Positions 21,484 to 29,362 of a DNA stretch of 32,000 nucleotides are shown piece after piece. The DNA lies in contig NZ_CP006873.1 in NCBI RefSeq assembly GCF_000709555.1, forward strand, positions 30,001-62,000. Direction: 5' to 3'. A model generated the notes under the pieces. It made no database searches, had not been told where the DNA came from, and saw only the letters and a list, made by a program, of their open reading frames with translations. The stretch's first letter is position 1; each line of letters opens with the position of its first letter. This DNA comes from Candidatus Saccharimonadota bacterium. GTDB taxonomy: Bacteria > Bacteroidota > Bacteroidia > Flavobacteriales > Blattabacteriaceae. A program made the translations under genes and the position numbers.

Positions 21484-22841
21484 TCCTCTAAAAAATCTTT
21501 GGAAAGTAGAAGAATTGCGTCACAGAATTATTGTTACGATTTTTTTTTTTATTAGTCTACCGTTTAGGATCTTATGTTCCTTTAGTAGGAATTAATTCGA
21601 GAGAGATAGGTGACTTTATAGAAAATCTGAATCCAAGTACCAAGAACATTATGCAGGTTCTTTCTTCATTTACTGGCGGTGCTTTTACCCATGCTTCAGT
21701 CTTAGCTCTTGGAATCATGCCTTATATCTCAGCCTCTATTGTTATCCAACTTATGGAAATTCTTTTTCCATCTCTAAAAAGAGAAGGGAGAAAAAAAATT
21801 AATTATCTTACTAAATGGCTGACTATAGGTCTTTGCCTTATTCAGGCCCCAGCATATATTGCAGCACTTACTACTCAATTCTTACCATTTTCTGATATTC
21901 CTAAAGCTTATCTATTAGATATAACAAGTTCCCAGGGAAAATTGTTTTTCTGGTTAATGTCTATTTTATTACTTACTACAGGAACATTATTTTCTATGTG
22001 GCTTGGAGAAAATATTTCCAATAAAGGAATTGGAAATGGGATTTCATTAATTATTATGATAGGTATCATAGTACGTTTTCCAGAATCCATAGTTATGGAA
22101 ATCCTAAATAGAATGGAAGTAGGTCACGTTGGTCTATTTTTATTATTTTTTGAATTTATAATTTGGTTTTTTATAATACTATTTTGTATATTTGTTATAC
22201 AATCCGTGAGAAAAATTCCTCTTCAATATGTCAAATATATCCAAGCAAAATATATTCAAAATTATTATTTTTCAATAAAACCGTCAATTCGACAATATAT
22301 TCCGTTAAGTGTTCTAACGGTAGGAGTTATGCCTATTATATTGGCCCATGCCATTATGTTATTGCCAGTAATTTTATTTACTCATATTAGAAATGAAGAA
22401 TTCAAACAAATTGTAGAAATTTTCCAAGATCTTTATGGAGTTTGGTATAATATAGTATTTGTTTTTCTTATCATATCCTTTACATTTTTTTATACCACAA
22501 TTACTATTCCTGTAAATAAAATGGCGGATGATCTTAAAACAAATGGAGCATATATTCCAGGCGTCAACCCAGGTCAGGACACGATTGATTATATAGATAA
22601 TATTTTGGATCAAATAACTTTTTTAGGAGCGATTTTACTTGCAATAATTGCCGTATTGCCCGCTATTGTGGTAAGAATAGGAGTTACTAAGGGATTTTCT
22701 TTATTTTACGGAGGTACATCATTATTAATTATTATAGGAGTAGTACTAGACATATCTCAACAAATAAACGCTTATTTGCTTAATATTCATTATGACGGAA
22801 TGATGCAAGGAAAAAGATCTCTGATAACAAAAAATAAATAA
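21464..22841 (+). CDS. secY: Preprotein translocase subunit SecY; the 5' end is frame-split at a T11 homopolymer (intact only if read as T10, or if translation starts at TTG 21531)
   Basis: The body is 21531..22841 (436 aa, ..[15 protein letters not shown]...[14 protein letters not shown]...). The conserved N-terminus [17 protein letters not shown] is encoded at 21488-21538 in a different frame, which opens after the stop at 21446-21448 with only TTG 21464 as a start candidate. The two frames meet at the T11 run 21540-21550. Confidence 0.9.
21540..21550 (+). repeat. T11 homopolymer at the secY frame junction
   Basis: Counted directly: the t at 21540 plus tttttttttt at 21541-21550. Confidence 0.95.
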
Positions 22842-23062
22842 TGTCTAATAAAAAAGAATCTTTTATAGAGCAAGATGCTGAAATTATAGAAGCGTTGCCT
22901 AATGCAATGTTCCGCGCTCGGTTAGAGAACGGACATATTCTTAAAGTTTATATCTCTGGAAAAATTAGAAAGAATTATATCAAAATTCTTCCTGGAGATA
23001 AAGTTAGGATGGAAATTTCTCCTTATGACCTAACTAAAGGTAGAGTTATTTATAGATATTAG
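22841..23062 (+). CDS. infA: Translation initiation factor IF-1
   Basis: 73 aa, ..[62 protein letters not shown]. Its ATG overlaps the secY stop. Confidence 0.97.
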   Translation: MSNKKESFIEQDAEIIEALPNAMFRARLENGHILKVYISGKIRKNYIKILPGDKVRMEISPYDLTKGRVIYRY

Positions 23063-23076
23063 AATTTATAACAGCA

Positions 23077-23196
23077 ATGAAAGTGAAAACCTCTTTAAAA
23101 AAAAGAAGTGTTGATTCTAAAATAGTAAGACGGAAGGGAGGACGTTTATATGTAATAGATAAAAAAAATCCCAAATTTAAACAAAGACAGGCATAG
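23077..23196 (+). CDS. rpmJ: 50S ribosomal protein L36
   Basis: The ORF is below the track threshold. It reads [39 protein letters not shown] (39 aa), matching Bacteroidota-type L36 and lying between infA and rpsM. Confidence 0.93.
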   Translation: MKVKTSLKKRSVDSKIVRRKGGRLYVIDKKNPKFKQRQA

Positions 23197-23199
23197 TAT

Positions 23200-23577
23200 A
23201 TGGCAAGACTTTCAGGAGTAGACTTACCTAAAAACAAAAGGGGGGTAATAGGACTAACGTATATTTACGGTATAGGAAAAAGTACTGCGAAAAAAATACT
23301 TTCCCAAGTCGGAGTCAATCCAGATAAAAAAATAAAAGATTGGAGTGATGAAGAAATTAATGACATCCGTAAAGTTCTTCTCGAAAGTGTAAAAACTGAA
23401 GGAGAACTTAAATCGGAATCCCAGATGAACATTAAACGGTTAATGGATATAGGTTGCTATAGAGGGATTCGTCATCGAATTGGGTTACCATTAAGGGGAC
23501 AGAAAACTAAAAATAATTCTAGGACCAGAAAAGGGGTAAAAAAAACAGTAGCTAATAAGAAAAAAATTATTAAATAA
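23200..23577 (+). CDS. rpsM: 30S ribosomal protein S13
   Basis: 125 aa, [33 protein letters not shown]....[24 protein letters not shown]. Confidence 0.97.
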   Translation: MARLSGVDLPKNKRGVIGLTYIYGIGKSTAKKILSQVGVNPDKKIKDWSDEEINDIRKVLLESVKTEGELKSESQMNIKRLMDIGCYRGIRHRIGLPLRGQKTKNNSRTRKGVKKTVANKKKIIK

Positions 23578-23958
23578 ATGAAAACACATGGAAAAAAGCA
23601 ACAAAAAGTTGAAGTTGATATTATAGGTATAGCACATATCAATTCTTCTTTCAATAACATTATCATTACTTTAACAAATAAAAAAGGAGAGGTTATATGT
23701 TCTTGTTCTGCAGGGGAAATAGGATTTAAAGGTTCTAAAAAGAATACTCCTTATGCTGCTCAAATAACTGCTGAGAAAGTAGCTGAAAAGGGTTTTAATG
23801 CTGGACTTCGAAAAGTAGATGTTATTATAAAAGGATGTGGAATTGGTAGAGAATCAGCTATTCGTTCTTTGAATAAGGTCATTTCCGTTGTTAGTCTTAC
23901 AGATCGTACTCCATTGCCTCACAACGGATGTAGACCTCCTAAACGTAGAAGAGCTTAA
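23578..23958 (+). CDS. rpsK: 30S ribosomal protein S11
   Basis: 126 aa, ..[17 protein letters not shown]...G......[18 protein letters not shown]......[16 protein letters not shown]. Confidence 0.97.
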   Translation: MKTHGKKQQKVEVDIIGIAHINSSFNNIIITLTNKKGEVICSCSAGEIGFKGSKKNTPYAAQITAEKVAEKGFNAGLRKVDVIIKGCGIGRESAIRSLNKVISVVSLTDRTPLPHNGCRPPKRRRA

Positions 23959-23979
23959 TTTAAAAAAAAAAAAATAATT

Positions 23980-24600
23980 ATGGCAAAATATATCGGACCT
24001 AAAACTAAAATTGCCCGTAAATTTGGCGAAAAGATCTTTGGTAAAGACAAATATTTTGACAGGAAAAAATATATTTATAATCAACACGGAAGTTATCATA
24101 GACGAGGAAAAAAATCTGGATATGCTCTTCAACTTTTAGAAAAACAGAAACTAAAGTATATATATGGGGTTTTGGAACGTCAATGTAGAAGAATGTTTAA
24201 AAAAGCATTAAGTATGAAAAAAAATACTGGGGAAGTATTTTTACAGTTATTTGAATCTCGTTTAGATAATGTGGTTTATAGATTAGGGATCTCTCTATCT
24301 CGTTCAGGAGCACGACAATTAGTATTACATGGACATATAACTGTCAACCAAAACAAAGTAAATATTCCTTCTTATTTATTAAAACCAGGAGATATTGTAG
24401 AAATTAGAAAAAAATCTCAAAATAATCCAAATATTCAACATGTTTTGAATTCCCATAACTCGTCTGGTCAAATAGTTGATTGGTTGGTATGGGATCAAGA
24501 AAAAATGCGTGGAACTTTTAAAAGTCTTCCTGAAAGAGAAAAGATTCCAGAGAATATTAATGAACGAATAATAGTTGAATGGTATTCAAAATATAAATAA
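23980..24600 (+). CDS. rpsD: 30S ribosomal protein S4
   Basis: 206 aa, MAKYIGPKTKIARKFGE.IFG.......YGVLERQ....F......LESRLDNVVYRLG...SR..ARQLV.HGHI.VN...VNIPSY. Confidence 0.97.
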   Translation: MAKYIGPKTKIARKFGEKIFGKDKYFDRKKYIYNQHGSYHRRGKKSGYALQLLEKQKLKYIYGVLERQCRRMFKKALSMKKNTGEVFLQLFESRLDNVVYRLGISLSRSGARQLVLHGHITVNQNKVNIPSYLLKPGDIVEIRKKSQNNPNIQHVLNSHNSSGQIVDWLVWDQEKMRGTFKSLPEREKIPENINERIIVEWYSKYK

Positions 24601-24602
24601 AG

Positions 24603-25562
24603 ATGACGATTGTAAATATTATACAACCTGAAAGAGTTCTCATAAAGAGTGAAACTTTGTATTCAGGCATTTTCGAAATTAACCCTTTGGAACCTGGTTT
24701 TGGAGTTACTATAGGGAATAGCCTAAGACGAATTCTTCTTTCTTCTTTAGAAGGTTTTGCTATTACTTCAGTAAAAATTGAAGGAGTCAATCATGAATTT
24801 TCGACAATAAAAGGAGTAATAGAAGATGTGACAGACATTATTCTTAATTGTAAAAAAATACGATTCAAAAAATCTAGTGATTTAAAAAGCACTAAAGAAG
24901 AAGTAACGGTTTGTATAACAGATAAAGAGAAAATTACAGCGGGAGATTTTGGACAATTTATTTCTGGATTTCAAGTATTGAACCCAGATCTTATTATATG
25001 CAATAAAAACAAATCTATTCCTTTTAATATTTTCTTTATTATAGAAAAAGGTCGTGGATATGTACCTGCTGAAGCAAATAAAAAATATGAATCTACCATA
25101 GGAACTATTGCGATTGATTCTATATTTACACCAATAAAAAATGTAAAATATACTGTGGAAAATTGTAGGTTTGAACCAAAAACAGATTATGAAAAACTTT
25201 CTATAGAAATTCAAACAGATGGTTCTATCTCACCTAAAGAGGCTTTGATAGAAGCTTCTAAAATTCTAATAAATCACTTTATGTTATTTAATGAGAATAA
25301 TATTTCTACCGAGAGTCCAAATCTTACAGAACTTTCTGAATATACTGTATATTTTGAAAAATTGTTGAATTCTAATCTGTCCGAACTTGGCCTATCGGTA
25401 AGAGCACAAAACTGCTTAAAATCAGCAGAAATTTTTACGTTAAGACAACTAATAAGTAAAACCGAAACAGATCTAAAAAAATTGAAACATTTTGGAATAA
25501 AAACTTTGAATGAGATAAATATATTTTTAGAAAAAAAAGGTTTGGGTAGAGTTAAAAAATAA
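24603..25562 (+). CDS. rpoA: DNA-directed RNA polymerase subunit alpha
   Basis: 319 aa, ..GFGVTIGNSLRRILLSSLEGFAITSVKIEGV.HEFSTI.GV.EDV..I.LN.K......C-terminal LS.RAQNCLK.A.I.T...L......DL.K...FG.K.L.EI. Confidence 0.97.
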   Translation: MTIVNIIQPERVLIKSETLYSGIFEINPLEPGFGVTIGNSLRRILLSSLEGFAITSVKIEGVNHEFSTIKGVIEDVTDIILNCKKIRFKKSSDLKSTKEEVTVCITDKEKITAGDFGQFISGFQVLNPDLIICNKNKSIPFNIFFIIEKGRGYVPAEANKKYESTIGTIAIDSIFTPIKNVKYTVENCRFEPKTDYEKLSIEIQTDGSISPKEALIEASKILINHFMLFNENNISTESPNLTELSEYTVYFEKLLNSNLSELGLSVRAQNCLKSAEIFTLRQLISKTETDLKKLKHFGIKTLNEINIFLEKKGLGRVKK

Positions 25563-25568
25563 TTCAAT

Positions 25569-26072
25569 ATGAGGACGATATCTTATACTATGGAAGGTCA
25601 ATATGAACCCATAGAATTACGTTATGGAGGTCCACTGGGAAAAGAAGTGTTCAGAGAAAATGTGAATAGAATACTTTCTCAAGAACTGATTGGCGATAAG
25701 GCATTGCTAGGAATTTCTTTAGCTAAAGTATTAGTCGGGTTTCACGCTTGGACTCTACCCATGCTCCTCAATGGACATCAAGAATTAGCAGGTGATGAGG
25801 TAGCTTCTCAAGATGCATTATTACAAGCTGCTGAAGAACATTTTAAAGGAAGCGAAGGGATGCAACTGAAAGATATTACTTATTTATGCGAAAATTCTCA
25901 CTCTATTGAAGACGTAATGGATCAATTAGTAGGGTACGCGAATTCGATGTGCGTATCCACGACGATTATCTCTCATAGTGAAACCGCTGTAGAACGTATG
26001 GCCAATAATAAACTTTTGCGAATTGAAGCTGCCTCTCAATGGAAAGCTTTCTACTCACCCTATTTACGATGA
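25569..26072 (+). pseudogene. eno: Enolase-derived relic ORF (167 codons, stop-free, about 60% of eno deleted)
   Basis: Collinear enolase motifs all lie in one frame. EGQYEPIELRYGG..GKEV..NVN..I..ELIG corresponds to STGxxEAxELRDGG..GKGV. ALLGISLAK corresponds to ANAILGVSLA. LAGDE corresponds to AVGDEGG. KDIT matches directly. HSIEDVMDQ corresponds to SIEDGLxExDW. TTIISHSETAVE corresponds to [32 protein letters not shown] corresponds to RxAKYNQLLRIEExLGxxAxY. The ORF starts 6 nt after the rpoA stop and ends in an ATGA overlap with rplQ. The regions around the VGDDL metal ligand and the catalytic Lys are missing. Confidence 0.8.
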
Positions 26073-26449
26073 TACACAGAAAAAAGATAAATCATCTTGG
26101 GAGAACGTCATCACATCGAAAAGCTATGTTGTCGAATATGGCCTGTTCTCTTATTCTTAAAAAAAGAATAAGTACCACTTTAGCTAAGGCGAAAGCATTA
26201 CAACGTTTTATAGAGCCTCTTCTTACCAAGAGCAAAACATCTAGTACACATTCTAGACGCATAGTATTTTCATATTTACAAAATAAGTCCGCTGTTGTAG
26301 ATATTTTTCTTACAGTGGCTCCTCAAATATTAGAGCGTCCTGGAGGTTATACCAGAATTATTAAAACTGGATTTCGATTGGGTGACGGTTCAGAAATGGC
26401 ACTAATAGAATTAGTGGATTTTAACCCATGGTATACTAAAAAAAAATAA
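26069..26449 (+). CDS. rplQ: 50S ribosomal protein L17
   Basis: The track ORF begins at 26039 inside the eno relic. The ATG at 26069 gives [49 protein letters not shown], matching the L17 N-terminus MRHxKKxNHLxRxxxHRKAML. Confidence 0.95.
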   Translation: MIHRKKINHLGRTSSHRKAMLSNMACSLILKKRISTTLAKAKALQRFIEPLLTKSKTSSTHSRRIVFSYLQNKSAVVDIFLTVAPQILERPGGYTRIIKTGFRLGDGSEMALIELVDFNPWYTKKK

Positions 26450-26455
26450 TAGTAA

Positions 26456-26635
26456 GTGTTCAAGCATTTGGGATCGCTAGCTGGGGTTCTCATAATCGCG
26501 TACACGGGAAGTTATGCTATACAATATTCCGTCCTCACAGATTTCTCTATAAGCCTAGGACGAAAATCTAGGATAAAAAGGCTCTTTGAAAATCACTACG
26601 AGGTGAGAAATAGCCGCATCTGCAAATTAATTTAA
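26456..26635 (+). pseudogene. Possible gene remnant, tentatively carA-like (carbamoyl-phosphate synthase small subunit N-terminal region)
   Basis: A 59-codon GTG-initiated open frame in a visibly GC-richer spacer reads VFKHLGSLAGVLIIAYTGSYAIQYSVLTDFSISLGRKS... There is a loose match to CarA G.AFGEV.FNTGMTGYQE.LTDPSY.GQ. As I recall, carA follows rplQ in many Flavobacteriia. The similarity is weak. Confidence 0.3.
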
Positions 26636-26661
26636 TCGATAAATTTTCTTTACAAAGCATT

Positions 26662-29301
26662 ATGGAAATATTAACTCGTTACAAACCTCAAAATATTGAG
26701 AAACAAATATATAATTTTTGGCTTCAAAAAGATTTTTTTCATTCGATTCCTGATGAAAGGCCTTCTTATACTGTGGTAATTCCTCCACCAAATATTACTG
26801 GTATACTTCATATGGGGCACATGTTGAATAACACGTTCCAAGATGTACTTGTCCGTCGTTCTCGGATGATAGGTTACAATACGTGTTGGGTTCCAGGAAC
26901 AGATCATGCTTCCATAGCCACTGAGGCTAAAATAGTATCTCATCTCAAAGAAAAAAAACTGACGAAATCAAAAATCGGTCGAGAAGCTTTTCTAAAATTA
27001 GCTTGGGAGTGGACTCATAAACATAGAGAGACCATATTGAATCAACTTAAAAAGCTTGGATGCTCTTGTAATTGGAAATATACAAGATTTACCATGGAGA
27101 AATCGCTATCAAATTCTGTTATTCGTTGTTTTATTGATTTATATAGACGCGGATTGATTTATAGGGAATACAGAATGGTAAATTGGGATACTGAGGCGAA
27201 AACCACTATATCAGATGAAGAGGTAATATATAAAGAATGTAAAGGAAGACTTTATTATGTAAAGTATCCTATTTTAGGTAAAAAAGAATATTTAATTATT
27301 GCCACTACTCGTCCAGAAACCTTGTTGGGTGATACGGCTGTTTGTGTTCATCCATCTGATGACCGTTTCTCCCATCTAAAAATTGGAGAAAGTATTTTGG
27401 TTCCCATTATTCAACGTATAGTACCACTTATAAAGGATGAATATGTGGATAAAGAATTTGGAAGCGGCTGTCTTAAAATGACTCCTTCTCACGACGTTAA
27501 TGACCAAATTTTAGCTAAAAAATATCATCTAGAATTTATAGATATTCTTAATGAGGATGGGACTTTAAATGAACATGCTTTCCACTATCATGGAAAAGAC
27601 CGTTTTCACGTGCGTAAAGAGATTGTCCAAGAACTAAGAGAAAAGGGTTTTTTGATCAAAGAAGAGTCCTTAATCCATAAGGTCGGCGTCTCTGAACGTA
27701 CTGGATCTTTGATAGAATCTCGTCGTTCCATGCAATGGTTTCTAAAAACAAAAGATATGGCTAAACAAGCGATTGAAGCTGTAAAAAATGGAGAAATTCA
27801 CTTTCATACCCAAAAAATAGAAAATATTTATAAAAATTGGATGGAAAATATCCAAGATTGGAACATTTCACGTCAACTTTGGTGGGGACACCGAATTCCA
27901 GTGTATTATTATAATAATAATATAGAAGATTATATAGTGGCTGAAACTAAGGAGGAGGCTCTGAATCTAGCTCGGAAAAAAATAAATTGTGAAAAAATAA
28001 CATTGGATATGTTCAACCAAGACGAAGATGTGCTTGATACTTGGTTTTCTTCTTGGCTATGGCCAATTTCTGTATTTGATGGCATATCTAGCCCAAATAA
28101 TAAAAGTATTCAATATTATTATCCAACTAAAGATTTAGTCACTGGACCTGATATTCTATTTTTTTGGGTAGCACGTATGATTATGGCTGGTTATACTTTT
28201 ATAAATAAAAAACCATTTGAGAACGTTTGTTTTACTGGGGTTGTTCGTGATAATCATCACAAAAAAATGTCTAAGTCTTTAGGAAATTCTCCTAATCCTA
28301 TTACCTTGATGAATCAATATGGGACAGATGGAGTAAGAGTAGGACTATTGCTTAATAGTAAAATGGGTAATGATCTTATTTTTAATGAAAAACTTTGTTT
28401 ACAAGGAAGAAATTTTGCGAATAAAATATGGAATGCTTTCCGGTTGATCAAATCTTGGAAAACTGATTTTAATGCACCTATTTTAACTTATGAAAAGTTA
28501 GCTATAAAGTGGTTTGAAAACCGATTTTATCAGGTACTTGAACAAATAGACAAGTTATTTGAAAAATATAAAATTTCTGACACGTTAAATATCCTGTATA
28601 ATTTTTTTTGGGATGATTTTTGTTCTTGGTATTTAGAAATTGTCAAACCCTCTTCAAAAGATTCTGTGTCAGATTTTCTATATTCAAAAACATTTCAATT
28701 TTTTGAAAATTTGATGAAATTGCTTCATCCATTTATACCATTTCTTACCGAAGAAATTTGGCAACAAATTAAAGTCCGTGCAGACAAAGAAGCACTTATT
28801 ATTAGTTCATGGCCTAAAAAAAAACAAATGGAGGAAAAAATAATAAAAGATTTTTGTAAGATTATGCATCTTGTAATAGAGTTACGATCCTTAAGAAAAA
28901 GGCAGAGAATTTCTTCAAATATTTCATTTTTGTTGTCCACTTGTATTAATAATGAAAAATCTATATTCTATCCCGTGGTTTTAAAATTAGAAAATATTTC
29001 TGAGCTTTCTTTTCTGGAAGAGAAACCTATTAATAACAAATTATCTTTTTTAGTTGGTACACAAGAATACTTTGTGTCTTTTGAAGGACAAACTAATCTC
29101 TATGAGGAGATTCAAAAATTAAAAAAATCTATAGAATACTATAAAGATTTTCTAGCATATACAAGGGAAAAATTGTCAAATAAGCATTTTGTATCTAATG
29201 CTCCTCAAAGAGTAGTTAATTTAGAAATGAAAAAAGAATATGAGACCATAAACAAAATCAAAATGCTACAAGATAGACTTAAAATTATACTCGAAAAGTA
29301 A
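26662..29301 (+). CDS. valS: Valine--tRNA ligase
   Basis: 879 aa. Class I HIGH motif PPPNITGILHMGH, KMSKS motif KMSKSLGN, a CP1 editing domain and a C-terminal coiled coil. Confidence 0.97.
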   Translation: MEILTRYKPQNIEKQIYNFWLQKDFFHSIPDERPSYTVVIPPPNITGILHMGHMLNNTFQDVLVRRSRMIGYNTCWVPGTDHASIATEAKIVSHLKEKKLTKSKIGREAFLKLAWEWTHKHRETILNQLKKLGCSCNWKYTRFTMEKSLSNSVIRCFIDLYRRGLIYREYRMVNWDTEAKTTISDEEVIYKECKGRLYYVKYPILGKKEYLIIATTRPETLLGDTAVCVHPSDDRFSHLKIGESILVPIIQRIVPLIKDEYVDKEFGSGCLKMTPSHDVNDQILAKKYHLEFIDILNEDGTLNEHAFHYHGKDRFHVRKEIVQELREKGFLIKEESLIHKVGVSERTGSLIESRRSMQWFLKTKDMAKQAIEAVKNGEIHFHTQKIENIYKNWMENIQDWNISRQLWWGHRIPVYYYNNNIEDYIVAETKEEALNLARKKINCEKITLDMFNQDEDVLDTWFSSWLWPISVFDGISSPNNKSIQYYYPTKDLVTGPDILFFWVARMIMAGYTFINKKPFENVCFTGVVRDNHHKKMSKSLGNSPNPITLMNQYGTDGVRVGLLLNSKMGNDLIFNEKLCLQGRNFANKIWNAFRLIKSWKTDFNAPILTYEKLAIKWFENRFYQVLEQIDKLFEKYKISDTLNILYNFFWDDFCSWYLEIVKPSSKDSVSDFLYSKTFQFFENLMKLLHPFIPFLTEEIWQQIKVRADKEALIISSWPKKKQMEEKIIKDFCKIMHLVIELRSLRKRQRISSNISFLLSTCINNEKSIFYPVVLKLENISELSFLEEKPINNKLSFLVGTQEYFVSFEGQTNLYEEIQKLKKSIEYYKDFLAYTREKLSNKHFVSNAPQRVVNLEMKKEYETINKIKMLQDRLKIILEK

Positions 29302-29362
29302 AAGTACGATCAGTTGATGTTTTCTTTAAATATATATTCATTAAATATAAAATCGGTTTTGA

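Noticed and set aside
23962-23974. A13 homopolymer between rpsK and rpsD, and A9-A10 runs inside yidC (2530-2539), rpsC (16721-16729) and rpmD (20946-20954)
   Set aside because: The A13 run is intergenic. The coding runs encode in-frame Lys tracts and the ORFs are intact as written. Unlike the secY T11 tract, none coincides with a frame break.
24882-25567. Minus-strand ORFs of 110 aa and 97 aa opposite rpoA. Similar antisense or alternate-frame ORFs occur at 1996..2181, 2714..2899, 10272..10463, 12397..12579, 13475..13663, 14395..14583, 16260..16472, 17020..17259, 19244..19441, 19483..19692, 20371..20637, 21908..22090, 22374..22613, 23046..23237, 23472..23666, 23854..24132, 24557..24790, 26671..26943, 28725..28940 and 31134..31316.
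   Set aside because: All are embedded in well-supported genes on the other strand. They have low-complexity F/I/K/N-rich translations typical of AT-rich antisense frames, and none shows a family motif.
25569-26072. The 167-aa ORF as a horizontally acquired or entirely novel gene inserted in the alpha operon
   Set aside because: Its residual motifs are collinear with enolase and resemble the flavobacterial type more than the enterobacterial type: VELRDGG-like IELRYGG, and a C-terminal ..AFYSP versus E. coli ..APYNG. A native decayed eno is the simpler explanation. The unusual position is kept as a finding.
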